Source of the DNA: a virus
Taxonomy: Duplodnaviria; Caudoviricetes
Reading direction: 5' to 3' (one strand)
Length of the DNA: 25,920 bases
Virus record (IMG/VR): IMGVR_UViG_3300017785_007982
Location: 1-25,920 of that record
In this document: in pieces, positions 9,801 through 17,983 of the stretch
How positions within the stretch are numbered: position 1 is the first letter of the stretch
Layout: every line of letters begins with the position of its first letter
Program-made: the position numbers and the translations under genes
The notes under the pieces: generated by a model
What the model was told of the DNA's origin: nothing
Databases searched by the model: none
Seen by the model: the letters and a program-made list of their open reading frames with translations, nothing else

Positions 9801-10054
9801 CTTGACGTAGAAGGTGCAACAGCAGAGGCTATGATATACGCTAAATCAAACTCAACATCAAAAGATCCACCAACTACTATGGATCCTTCACGAAAAATAT
9901 GAGAACCAAATCTTTCAATTTGTTTCTGTAACATGGTTTGTAATTGATTAAGTTCTCTAGCTTGGATAGCAACAGAGGGGCGAAACAAAACTTTATAGAA
10001 GTTTTTATTTTCATCATAATCATCAAAATATGGAGGAGCGTTAAAATTAGCCAT
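3806..10054 (-). CDS. VrlC-like / DUF4815 large baseplate-associated virion protein (2082 aa)
   Basis: Signature N-terminus PYFDDYD...FYKVLFRPS.AIQARELNQLQ...IERFGSHIF. Also NAPGAHRYKI, RYTMREIG.L..RIENLEYY, DRFKNGFFVDAF and C-terminal FSIKI...PP.V.DFRAIA. Confidence 0.9.
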   Translation of the reverse strand: MANFNAPPYFDDYDENKNFYKVLFRPSVAIQARELNQLQTMLQKQIERFGSHIFREGSIVVGGSFDVEFDLAYIIASAVAPSTSRLQEFVGKTIIGVTSGITASVKAAVYDETTNKYFFLIRYISSSTTSDVFLNEETVNSYTLDTSGVVVVDSTFNFVVDTTNVTTPRQVGSTFSIGQGVIFSKGYFLAFPAQTIVLSKDSATPTITVGFTITEAYDTDLSDDSLLDNALGTTNENAPGAHRYKITTTLTSIPFKTSGDDENFVLLMDINSGVIEERKERSQYAKIYEEIAKRTHDESGDYYVKGFGIRTREHLDTGINEGLFTNSAGGNTYQLSIDVEPGTAYVKGYEVNKLVTSHVITDKAITYNYVNNQLVNSRNGGFFYIKEIVGSLDHDEAIRVNLFSNTETRITSNIKSSTANTSNNIKVGDALLKALVYESGTLGTNTAQMRAYLYDFNMSNGYVISDVKSIYSSTSPNYFFADVVANTTINDTNESVLIFPIGTESVRSIRGNTGSSDTTYQINRSVDADINFASGNGRFTVAPISVLGESLSYSEGGLSSSEKRELILSLNADKDIQLLGVITAASATSNLITGSFTGANSGFDFTKLKAGDRLLRSGGAEYTILTITNSTSLSLTSNAGTTFTSNVFSRALRTGDIIDLTSNGSSGTAIAANVVAGSLIIDIKEDTTNVAGAGNTVNAKLTFRVDRNTSTAGAEIRKYLRSNRFVKIQTNTNINVSGPYNLGLPDVYKIRSVRMHESAFSTGTEGSNVTSSFTLDNGQRDDYYDHGKLNVTGNLTLTDKFLLVELDHFEADYSTGLGYFSVDSYPVDDTVASNTSIFTYEIPKYVSTFGVSYNLRNSLDFRAYKTNTAISSVNISSATSNPATSTTFNVDSNGLRMVAPDSDISLDYSFYLPRTDIITLNKDGVYNIIKGQPSKSPISPNVPDNVMGVATIYLSPYPSVSETLARIINIKDDTCSTKKMAQIRYTMREIGVLKNRIENLEYYNALTMLEKSVVDFKITDSSGLDRFKNGFFVDAFSDHSLGDSGNLDYKIAIDKEEGSIRPFFDMESFQYKLETSGSSGYQNSGGLITRPYSEVILLENKNATTVRNIEQGVFRFIGIIEIDPESDTWCDITTVDKVIAFGEELPTESVMQSAWGSWETHAVGYNVYDRRVGDRSGKPKPKLFLGKFTSYAAALARSKNTPLINKNGKRVKGERDDRSVIETVTSQERTATVTTVSYENQIEELGNFVTDVSVLPYIRAQTLTVIVKGLKANTKFYLFFDSENMSEYLTPITIITNEDGTFDVGADEEGDIWRSNEYGEATAYLRIPEDSGKKFRIGTKEITVTDSPTNAIDATSYATKYWTASGIAVNKQNTILSTKVPVITQETITEERKKVKTKVMGPSCMAYSFKVDAPVDVDGVFLTSVDVWVEQKHPTLGAWFEIREMNSAGGITRNQIPNSEVWLTTSEFNLWEGSPSDEQSKYTKITFPAPVFLLNDTQYAFVIHTEGLNPDYYFWVSRLGEEDVITGNQVTGRQLTGTLFTTNNNLNYDMVPDVDLKIRFNRASFTLGSGTIILGNRPTEFLNLSTISGSFSRAGENIITSDALTLDKVTNSTSGSISVGSKINSTNSLGGAISGNVISISNSVYYTDAFGFLKNASYSVANSTNVSITISGNVQSVIVGTGQLRKYNSVNNFMIIDNSNGKFFTNAVIKGVLSSNTARIGNSSSNGFDQYKYSTTTLKPYYLNFNDTTTSFEKVGWRSEVSANNFDFYEGSSIFFPGTSDSYSTFNNEVTILSSVNELSKFGTSSPNSSARVRIVIDTNSEFVSPVIDLTKAQSIFVHNIINNDNTGEANTSGGNLLNRYISKSVTLADGQDAEDLLIKLSAYSPPQSNVEVYMKIRNNEDGNLLYENNWIKMDSSFETVSSSEANINDYFEIDYTVPNTYKNGNGVLQYIKNSSNITANTTGVNAAANSILLAGASTIFAVNNEVFYSVPPGGTPITPLSSNTYYFIHTVNSTAFILSATAGGSQIDITDFRTDSTAQIHTIGGEVYTGFKQFSIKIGLLGTNSANPPKVADFRAIALQL

Positions 10055-10070
10055 ATAAGTACCTGTTTCC

Positions 10071-11663
10071 TTAAATTTCTATAATCAAATTGAAAACTTC
10101 AGTTTGAGAGTCAGTTCTATATACATTATTTATGTTCTCAACATAAAAAGGTTTTATGTTTTTAGTATAGATGTCACCGACATCATTAGCATTAAATGTT
10201 ATAGTTGAACGAGTTACATTATTACTATCTTTTATCTGTTCACCATCAATAAAATTTTTATCACCAACAAAATAAACTTGAGATGTATTAGAATAAACTA
10301 CTATACCTTTAGCTTCACTATTAGTTCCTGTTATAATTTCACCTTTAGTAAAAACATATGAAGTGCCAACATTGGCTTTTAGTACTTGATCAAATGTGTT
10401 TCCATAATATCTTGAGCCAATTTGAACAGTTCCTGTTGCAACATTTATATTACTTAAAGATGATGGATTTTTTAATAAACCTATCTTATTAAATACAATA
10501 TTAGAAGTCATAATAGTATTGGCTTCTGTATTAGAAAAAGAAAAATTTACTGCAAACCCTTTCATATCTAATTCTGAAATAGGATCAGCTCCATGCCCAC
10601 CTGGAGGTGGAACTATAGCGTAAAGATTAGCACCAGATCCTAAAGATGTATTGCTAACTATTTTAACATTTGCCCAAGATATATTAGTTCCTATATCTAA
10701 CATAACAATCGTTGATATAGAATTACTGGTAGTGTTTATAATTGAAATAGCTTTTGGATTAGAATCTCCATCACTCTCAAAAACAACTGCTGGACTTATG
10801 TCATATTTTGTGATACCAGAAGTAATAATAGATGTATTTACTGGCGAATCTAATGTTACAAATTTACCAGCTAAACTAGAAGTATATCCTGTAATTCTGC
10901 GAAGTTGAGATGTTGTGTCAAATGTTGTTAAATTAGAACCATTGTATATGTAAATTGAATTATTGACATATTGACCATTATTTTCAGAAGAATAGTTTTC
11001 TATTTGTAATGTAGTGCTATCTTGGACTGACTGCACTGTACCATTTGTATATGATGAATAACCATTTCCACCGTTTGTTATAACAACAACTTCAACACCA
11101 CTATAAGATTCTGATGTACTAACAATAACAGCATTTGCATAAACTGGAACAAAATTATTTGCAGAAAATTTCTCATAATTTGGATAAGAAATTGAGCTAA
11201 TATATCTCCATCTATAATTATCTGATGTTTCAAAGGTTGATGGTTGTGTTGGCGTACCTATAGATCCTGGATCTACAGTAGAAAGACCACGATTATTATT
11301 ATCTATACATTTATAGATATGATAAGCTCCTCCATCAAATGTAGGAGAAGAAATTGCATAAAAAATATTATTTGTGAAAATTGTATTAGAAGTATTATCA
11401 TAACGATCGTAAATTGTATCTGAAGTCCAAATATTATTTTTGATTACTGGAGCAAAATTTGAACTTTGTAATCTTTTACCAAAAAGCATTGTCCAATTAT
11501 TGATAAACAAAGTAGAATAATCATTATTTGCAACAGAAGGTGCATTACCTACATATTCTATAGGGTTTGATGCAAATGCATAATATTGAGATGAATTAGC
11601 TGAAAGATTATCAGCTAATTCATCAAATATTGATTTTTTAAAAGAAGAAAGAATTTTGCCCAT
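10071..11663 (-). CDS. gp8: Baseplate wedge subunit gp8-like (530 aa, with insertion)
   Basis: WTSDTIYDRYD...FY...YHIYKCIDNN...STVDP...TSDNYRWRY and PPGGHGADPISEL motifs. Synteny after gp7. Confidence 0.85.
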   Translation of the reverse strand: MGKILSSFKKSIFDELADNLSANSSQYYAFASNPIEYVGNAPSVANNDYSTLFINNWTMLFGKRLQSSNFAPVIKNNIWTSDTIYDRYDNTSNTIFTNNIFYAISSPTFDGGAYHIYKCIDNNNRGLSTVDPGSIGTPTQPSTFETSDNYRWRYISSISYPNYEKFSANNFVPVYANAVIVSTSESYSGVEVVVITNGGNGYSSYTNGTVQSVQDSTTLQIENYSSENNGQYVNNSIYIYNGSNLTTFDTTSQLRRITGYTSSLAGKFVTLDSPVNTSIITSGITKYDISPAVVFESDGDSNPKAISIINTTSNSISTIVMLDIGTNISWANVKIVSNTSLGSGANLYAIVPPPGGHGADPISELDMKGFAVNFSFSNTEANTIMTSNIVFNKIGLLKNPSSLSNINVATGTVQIGSRYYGNTFDQVLKANVGTSYVFTKGEIITGTNSEAKGIVVYSNTSQVYFVGDKNFIDGEQIKDSNNVTRSTITFNANDVGDIYTKNIKPFYVENINNVYRTDSQTEVFNLIIEI

Positions 11664-11669
11664 TATTAA

Positions 11670-12455
11670 TTATTTACCAATAACCATAAAAAAAACGTTG
11701 GCGGATGTTTGATTTGCAGTTCTTATTTCTATAGATGTACTATTTTTACTAAGAAGAGAGGCTTGATAGGTTGCTACTGAAGAATTACTTACTATTGATG
11801 CAGAGTAAGAATTTGTGGTATATGCAGAAGTAAAAATAGCATTACCAACAGTAGAATTAGCAATAGTTTGGCCCCAATTTAACTTAAATCCATTAGGAAG
11901 ATAAGTAAACCCATTAGCTGCATCAGTTGAAGAACCAAGAGTTAATGTATTGGCTGTTACGCTGATGTTTGCAATACTTAGTAATGAAGAATTTACACTA
12001 GCATTAACAGTTGAATTTCCTATAAAAATTACACCAGCATTTACAGATGCGTTTGAAGTTGAGTTTGAAATTTGTAAAGCTGTAACACGAAGAGAAGTAT
12101 TAACTGTTGAGTTGCCTAATCCTAATGCTATAGTATTAATGGAGGCATTACCGCCTGATGCAGAAGTTCCACCAATTGCGATATTTGCACTTGTTATAGT
12201 AGCATTTGCTGTTGTATTACCAATTTTAAAATTTGTTACATCAGCTGTAACTGTGAAACTAGAATTACCTGAAGACAGACCAGTGTTAGAAATTGTAGTA
12301 TTAACTGTAGTATTACCAACAATCACATTTGTGTTAGCTATAAATGATGAATACATTTCGCTAAAATTATTATTAACTTTTACGAATGCGTCTCTAATTG
12401 GGTCGCCTGTGCCATCGTTAGCCGCCGTCCCGACTGCTATAGTTTGTTTTGCCAA
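11670..12455 (-). CDS. Short fibre / baseplate-fibre connector: gp9/gp10-type N-terminus, S/T/N-rich shaft, tail-fibre C-terminal domain
   Basis: MAKQTIAVGTAANDGTGDPIRDAFVKVNNNFSEMY matches the T4 gp9/gp10 N-terminal motif. GFTYLPNGFKLNWG is a common fibre-tip domain motif. TTG start with SD AAGGAGA. Confidence 0.8.
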   Translation of the reverse strand: MAKQTIAVGTAANDGTGDPIRDAFVKVNNNFSEMYSSFIANTNVIVGNTTVNTTISNTGLSSGNSSFTVTADVTNFKIGNTTANATITSANIAIGGTSASGGNASINTIALGLGNSTVNTSLRVTALQISNSTSNASVNAGVIFIGNSTVNASVNSSLLSIANISVTANTLTLGSSTDAANGFTYLPNGFKLNWGQTIANSTVGNAIFTSAYTTNSYSASIVSNSSVATYQASLLSKNSTSIEIRTANQTSANVFFMVIGK

Positions 12456-12476
12456 TTTTTTTCTCCTTTAGGTTGT

Positions 12477-14957
12477 TTACACAAAATATCTGCTAACAGT
12501 GCTCTTATCATTATCAGATTTAAATTTTGTACTTGATGCAGTAATATATTCGTATATCCTTTTACGATTATCAACTGTTATTGTTATGTTGTCGGCACTT
12601 AAATAATTACTAAAATCAAAACTTGTTCTATCAGCAGTAACAAATGTTCTATCAGCAGTTAACGTTACTGAATCTGATTTTATAATATCAGAATCTGCTT
12701 CAGCACCTTGTCCATCTGCTCTTATAATTGTTGTGCTTGCTAAAAATTGTACAGTATTTCCTGAATCTACGGTACGTTCAACTGATGAAAATATTTCTTT
12801 AGTTTCACTTACTATAGAAACTTTTTGACTTTGGTATCTATTTAATAAATATTTACCAAACAGTTCAGCGCCAGCAACATGAAAAGTATTATAAATGATA
12901 TCTTTATAATCACTTAAAGTTTTAGCAACACGAATCTCATAAGAGTAATCTTGATAATAATAACTATCTTGTATATATTTATCCGAGCTAAGAAACCCTT
13001 TTGTCGTTGCCCAAAAACCTCTTCCTTTTCCTATTCCACGTTTATTTACCCTTGCGAAAATTGGGCTTGTGGTATTAAATTCTTGAATAGTAGCTGTCAA
13101 TTGTGCACCAGATCCAGTATTAGATTGTACTTTTAGTGTTGGAATAGATGTATAACCTGAACCACCATATACTAAATTTGTAGAAATAACAGCACCTGTA
13201 TTATCTGTTAATATATATCCATTTGCAATAACTCCACCATCACCTTCAGCAAAAACAATTAAATCATTATTAGTATAACCAGTTCCACTTTCTATAATTA
13301 ATATGTTATTAGATATGCTACCATATAGATAAGCTGTTATTTCTTCATCTTCGATATAACCTTTACCTGAATTTAGCGCACGTGCAGCAGAAACGATATT
13401 ATTACCTGTATTTGGAACTGCAGAAATATTTTCGTTCTCACCAGCGAGAGATCCATCTAAAGTGACTACTTCAGATTCATACGTAGCATATTGAGATGGT
13501 AAAATTGTTGGAGCTGCTTTAAAAATAGCACTAACTGTTGAATTTTTTGTTGGAGGACCATAAAGAAGTATAGAAACATTAGAGACTACTTGTTTAATAA
13601 CAGCTAGTTCAAATGAAGAATCAAGGGTAGAATTAGCTTGGATTGCTATTATGTCATTATTCTCAAAATAATAATCAAAATTAGTTGAAGTGCCAGTTAT
13701 AGTATTTGATGTTGTATTATAAGAAATAGTTCCACCAAGAGATTTTGAAAGTTGAGTTGATCTGACAAAAACATTAGCTGATAGATCATACCCAGTTCCA
13801 GTTTCTATATTGTCAAAAGAAAATATTGTTCCAAATATTTGACTTTGAAAAGATAAGGCATCTCCAATTAAACTTTGGGAATTTGCTGAAGTATTTGCAG
13901 GAAACTGATAAGAAACACTATTAAAACTTGCTGTTAAATAATCACAAATTAAATCTGTGTTATAGGGTATTGATCTAGATGATAATATAGTAGCAATTTG
14001 AAAAGATGCACTTTCGCCATTATCACCATTTCTGTATACGAAAGTTGAAGCATTAGATGTAAAACCAAATCCACCACTTATAAGATCAAAATTAAGTGAA
14101 CCAAATCCAGCAGAAAGTTCAGTTACTTTTAATATACCATCAACACCAAAAGAAATTACATCGCCATTTGACACATCTCTATGTACAATTTTAATTACGT
14201 CACCAATTTTATATCCTTGCCCACCATTAACAACAGTAAGTTTATCTAAAGATCCAATAATTGTAGGAGCAATATCAATTTCAATTTGTGAAATATCATC
14301 AATAGATTTAGTTATAAATATTTTTTCGCCTATTTCGAAATCCGCACCTTTTGGAGAAATATTAGAAATATGTAATATTGTAACAATTCCGTTATTATAA
14401 TTTTCTCTGCTACAACTTTCAACAACTGCAGTTACTCCTGAAGAAATACCAAAAATTGATTTTCCTACAAAATTATTAATGGTTTCATTAGAAATTAAAG
14501 GGCTAGAAATTTCAAGGTATTTTGGTTCTATCCAATTACCATCTGAAACTCTTAAAATATCTTTACCTGGAATATAAAAATCTACATCTTCGTTGTAAAG
14601 AAGTTTAAACAAAAGTTTATAACATTGAATTGTTCCTTTAGAACGATAAACATCAAGAATATGTTTTAATAAAAAACGTTTGTTTGATATTATATTAAAA
14701 GGAATTCCGTAAAAATATTTTTTTTGAAAATATTCTAAAAATTTCTCAATTGTGTTATCAATGTCACGATAGTTATATAGCTGTCGAGATTCTCTAATTG
14801 GTCCACCATTTCCATCTAATGGAGTACCAAAATCACTTTCAAGCCACTCATAGTAAGCTTGCATAAACAAAATAAAATCAGGTCCCTCCTCTTGATAAAA
14901 AGCAGGGAATTGTTTTGAAATAAAATTAGATATGTTTTTTTCTATTGAAAAATCCAT
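12477..14957 (-). CDS. gp7: Baseplate wedge initiator gp7-like (826 aa)
   Basis: QFPAFYQEEGPDFILFMQAYYEWLE, YRSKGT...KLLFKLLYNE, RVSDGNW, IQDSYYYQDYSYEIR...HVAG motifs. Follows gp6 with a TAATG overlap. Confidence 0.8.
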   Translation of the reverse strand: MDFSIEKNISNFISKQFPAFYQEEGPDFILFMQAYYEWLESDFGTPLDGNGGPIRESRQLYNYRDIDNTIEKFLEYFQKKYFYGIPFNIISNKRFLLKHILDVYRSKGTIQCYKLLFKLLYNEDVDFYIPGKDILRVSDGNWIEPKYLEISSPLISNETINNFVGKSIFGISSGVTAVVESCSRENYNNGIVTILHISNISPKGADFEIGEKIFITKSIDDISQIEIDIAPTIIGSLDKLTVVNGGQGYKIGDVIKIVHRDVSNGDVISFGVDGILKVTELSAGFGSLNFDLISGGFGFTSNASTFVYRNGDNGESASFQIATILSSRSIPYNTDLICDYLTASFNSVSYQFPANTSANSQSLIGDALSFQSQIFGTIFSFDNIETGTGYDLSANVFVRSTQLSKSLGGTISYNTTSNTITGTSTNFDYYFENNDIIAIQANSTLDSSFELAVIKQVVSNVSILLYGPPTKNSTVSAIFKAAPTILPSQYATYESEVVTLDGSLAGENENISAVPNTGNNIVSAARALNSGKGYIEDEEITAYLYGSISNNILIIESGTGYTNNDLIVFAEGDGGVIANGYILTDNTGAVISTNLVYGGSGYTSIPTLKVQSNTGSGAQLTATIQEFNTTSPIFARVNKRGIGKGRGFWATTKGFLSSDKYIQDSYYYQDYSYEIRVAKTLSDYKDIIYNTFHVAGAELFGKYLLNRYQSQKVSIVSETKEIFSSVERTVDSGNTVQFLASTTIIRADGQGAEADSDIIKSDSVTLTADRTFVTADRTSFDFSNYLSADNITITVDNRKRIYEYITASSTKFKSDNDKSTVSRYFV
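12624..12659. repeat. 15-bp direct repeat with 21-bp period (TADRT twice) in the gp7 tail
   Basis: tgttctatcagcagt at 12624-12638 and 12645-12659. Confidence 0.85.
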
Positions 14958-16810
14958 TATCTTATGGTCTCTATAATATTTATTTCAAGATCATTTGATT
15001 CTATTAAAATAATTTTATTTTGAGAAGCAAATATATCTTTAAATTTTGAACGAATATATAATGAAATGTATGATGTATAACTTGCTAATTTAATACTATT
15101 TAATTTAATTTCGCCGGTAGAATAGTCAATAGTTCCTACACTATCAATTCTTACAACATCAGTTGATATAGTTGTATACACATTAATAATTCCTAAACCA
15201 TCATCTTCAAAATAACATAAAGGATATGTAGTTCCATTTTTAGAAACATAAGTAAATTTTGATGAATACAATGTTGAATGAGATAATACTAAATCAAATT
15301 CATTTTTATGTGTTGACACGTGTTGATCATTTGTTAAAACAGGAGTAGTTTCTAAAATATTTCCTAAATTAATACTAAATGTTGATTCAGTGTTTAATTT
15401 TGGATTTATACGTTTAATTATTCTTAATTCAGTTTGATTACTTGTTATACTTGTGTCAGAATTATCTATTGCACTTACTAATTTACTATATCTTAAATCA
15501 TTACCAAATTTTTCTAAATTAACTTTACTGAAATTAATTATTGAATTAAGAACTAAAGTTTTAATCTCAGAAACAGTTTTAGTAGTTTTTGAACTATCAT
15601 ATTGAACATCTGTTTTAGCATAACAATATGTATATTCTGGATCAGAAATTATAATTCTATTCGGTAATGCAATATAATCTAATAGATAATTTGAAATTTT
15701 ATTTTTTATATAATCTGGTGCTATTGTTGCGTTAGAAGGTTTTAATGAAACAATAACTCTACCATAAAGTTTTGGTTCTATTTCTTGACCACCATAGACA
15801 ATAACGTCTGAAATTTCTCCACCAAAATTACTTAATATTAACGAAGAATAATCATCAGATGATACAGCTCTTTGTTGTGTAGCAAAATATCTAGGAGCTG
15901 CAAAACGAATAGAATCAATAGTTTCTTGTTCAGCGCCACCTGTTGAGTTAGCACTGGTGATAAATCCATCAACTACTATATTACCTAATTGTGGGTTTGA
16001 CAATTCTAAATTGTTAGAAATTCTAAAATCACCAACACTATCACCAGAAATTCCATCAGAAATTCTATACCTTATAACAACAGTTGATATGTCTAAAGGT
16101 TTTCTACCAAAAAGACCATCACCAAATACAACTTCATATAATCCATTTTGAGAAGCTTGAATAAAATAAATATTTGAATCCGAATCAAGGCCAAACAAAG
16201 TTTGAGCTCTTGTAAATTCTGTATTTGTAGCACCATTATTTTCTATAACGTTTACAGTAACAGTGCTAATATCAATATTTTTATTTGTCATTAAAAAATA
16301 CTGAGTTTCAATATCATAATTTACAATATAACTGTCTTGATAATAATCACCTTCATAAATTTGAAGTTCGCTTATTTGATATACGTTATTAGATGAAGTT
16401 ATAATTTTATCTTCATCAGTTGTGAAAATAAAAGAACCTTTTGAATTTACACCAGTAAATCTTGTTTCTTTTGGTATTACTAAAGAACTGACTGGATTAA
16501 CTACTGTGGCTGTAAAACTAATATTTGCTGTGCTTGATCTTGCACTTCTTGGAACATAGTTTAATTCTTTAGCATGAGAAACTACAGAATCATATTTTTG
16601 TGCTGTATCTAAAAACATTTCAGAGGCAACCATATTTAAATAAAATGAATTTAAATACGAATTATATGACATAACATCTAATAAAACATTCATATTAGAG
16701 CCACTGAAATCATAATCTTTAAATACCGATTGATTTCTTAAAAATTGTTTAAAGTTCTCTTTTAACGTATCAAAATCTAAAGAACTTAAATTTAGTGAGG
16801 TGTTTGCCAT
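14957..16810 (-). CDS. gp6: Baseplate wedge subunit gp6
   Basis: LDFDTLKENFKQFL..Q..FKDYDFSGSNMNVLLDVMSYN, SVVSHAKELNYVPRS, YEVVFGDG, GGAEQETIDSIRFAAP...QQRAVSSDDY, GTIDYSTGEI. Confidence 0.93.
   Translation of the reverse strand: MANTSLNLSSLDFDTLKENFKQFLRNQSVFKDYDFSGSNMNVLLDVMSYNSYLNSFYLNMVASEMFLDTAQKYDSVVSHAKELNYVPRSARSSTANISFTATVVNPVSSLVIPKETRFTGVNSKGSFIFTTDEDKIITSSNNVYQISELQIYEGDYYQDSYIVNYDIETQYFLMTNKNIDISTVTVNVIENNGATNTEFTRAQTLFGLDSDSNIYFIQASQNGLYEVVFGDGLFGRKPLDISTVVIRYRISDGISGDSVGDFRISNNLELSNPQLGNIVVDGFITSANSTGGAEQETIDSIRFAAPRYFATQQRAVSSDDYSSLILSNFGGEISDVIVYGGQEIEPKLYGRVIVSLKPSNATIAPDYIKNKISNYLLDYIALPNRIIISDPEYTYCYAKTDVQYDSSKTTKTVSEIKTLVLNSIINFSKVNLEKFGNDLRYSKLVSAIDNSDTSITSNQTELRIIKRINPKLNTESTFSINLGNILETTPVLTNDQHVSTHKNEFDLVLSHSTLYSSKFTYVSKNGTTYPLCYFEDDGLGIINVYTTISTDVVRIDSVGTIDYSTGEIKLNSIKLASYTSYISLYIRSKFKDIFASQNKIILIESNDLEINIIETIR
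14977..14983 (-). promoter_or_regulatory. Possible late promoter ATAAATA in the end of gp6, upstream of gp7
   Basis: 7/8 consensus match, 20 nt before the gp7 ATG. Could be chance. Confidence 0.35.
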
Positions 16811-17238
16811 TATCGGACTCTTTTAAGAATATAAGTGAATAAAATCTTTTCTGGATTATTTATTGTGTTGTAGTAAATATTTATTGTTAATTCAAAATCA
16901 TTAGTAGAATCTATTTCAATATCTAATAAATTTACTCTTGCTTCATTAGTTTTTATACTTTTAGAAATGTAATACTCTAAGGTTGAAATATTAGAGTAAT
17001 CAAAATTTTCAAATAACAACGTTTTAATTTCACAACCAAAATTTGGTTGAAATAATCTTTCACCAACATCAGTAAGAATTATATTCTTTAAAGATTGGTT
17101 TATTGATCTGTCATTAGTAATTTTGGCTAATTGATTTCCTATTGGTGTTTTTGCAAAACTAGTCATGAAATCTGAAAAAAATTCAATTTTTTTATTATTT
17201 GATGTTAGTGTTTGTGCTCTTGATGGTCTATTTGCCAT
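16810..17238 (-). CDS. gp25: Baseplate wedge subunit gp25 (sheath initiator)
   Basis: SINQSLKNIILTDVGERLFQPNFGC...LLFE...I...EARV motif. Directly upstream of gp6. Confidence 0.92.
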   Translation of the reverse strand: MANRPSRAQTLTSNNKKIEFFSDFMTSFAKTPIGNQLAKITNDRSINQSLKNIILTDVGERLFQPNFGCEIKTLLFENFDYSNISTLEYYISKSIKTNEARVNLLDIEIDSTNDFELTINIYYNTINNPEKILFTYILKRVR

Positions 17239-17531
17239 TACCCACCTGCAAATACGTTAGAAGAACCACCTGATACCACAGTACATCCAGTAATAACATC
17301 ACCAATTCTACCTGCACCTTGATTATTGACGAATACTGTTGTAGATCCAATAGTTATTGGAGCTGAGTGTGGAAAACAAAAAATACCGACTGGAAAATCA
17401 TGCAAAGTGTTTAAATCTCCTTGTCTAGACCAAGCTCGTGTGTTAACAAAAACATTTGGAGAGCCTTGTGCTCTGACCATTGCAGAACAATGAGCAAGAT
17501 CGGGATCGCCTATTCTAGTTGCAGCTGCCAT
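17238..17531 (-). CDS. PAAR-repeat spike tip protein (T4 gp5.4-like)
   Basis: AATRIGD..HC, GSPNVFVN..WSRQGD, GSTTVFVN..AGRIGD...C...GSSNVFAG: three PAAR-type repeats with His/Cys metal ligands. Confidence 0.92.
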   Translation of the reverse strand: MAAATRIGDPDLAHCSAMVRAQGSPNVFVNTRAWSRQGDLNTLHDFPVGIFCFPHSAPITIGSTTVFVNNQGAGRIGDVITGCTVVSGGSSNVFAGG

Positions 17532-17983
17532 TAATAATAGTCCTGTAAAAAATTATATCCTGTTGTTACATCATTATTTACAACTTGCGAAAATGTAAAT
17601 GTATTAGAGCCCGAACTATGTGTCACAACAATCGTATATGTTCTTGTAATTCCTGATGAAGGATCTTGATTTACTTGAAAAAGATCTTTGTTAGCAGGAA
17701 CTTGGTCAAATCTAGTTATCACAGTTGGTGTTTGTAATAAGTCACTACTTCCTTTATCTACATATTTTATTTCATCTTGAGTAAAAGCAGTAGTATGGTT
17801 GCCACTTATAGTTACAGAGCTAGTAGAATTAGAAACAAAAACATTAGCATCTGTAAAATTTTTAACACCATTGGCGCTGCTTATAGTTTCTGATGCATCG
17901 CCTGTAAAAGATATATTTTGACTAAAAGTTTCAGAGCGAATAACAGGAGTTAACACACTCAAAGGATTAGCAATTATACTCAA
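17531..17983 (-). CDS. Hypothetical beta-rich protein (150 aa) in the spike cluster
   Basis: Translationally coupled on both sides (TTGA and TAATG overlaps). TTG start. Confidence 0.65.
   Translation of the reverse strand: MSIIANPLSVLTPVIRSETFSQNISFTGDASETISSANGVKNFTDANVFVSNSTSSVTISGNHTTAFTQDEIKYVDKGSSDLLQTPTVITRFDQVPANKDLFQVNQDPSSGITRTYTIVVTHSSGSNTFTFSQVVNNDVTTGYNFLQDYY

Noticed and set aside
3806-10054. VrlC as a bacterial virulence factor
   Set aside because: The name derives from the Dichelobacter vrl locus. In this context it is a baseplate-associated structural protein of T4-like myoviruses.
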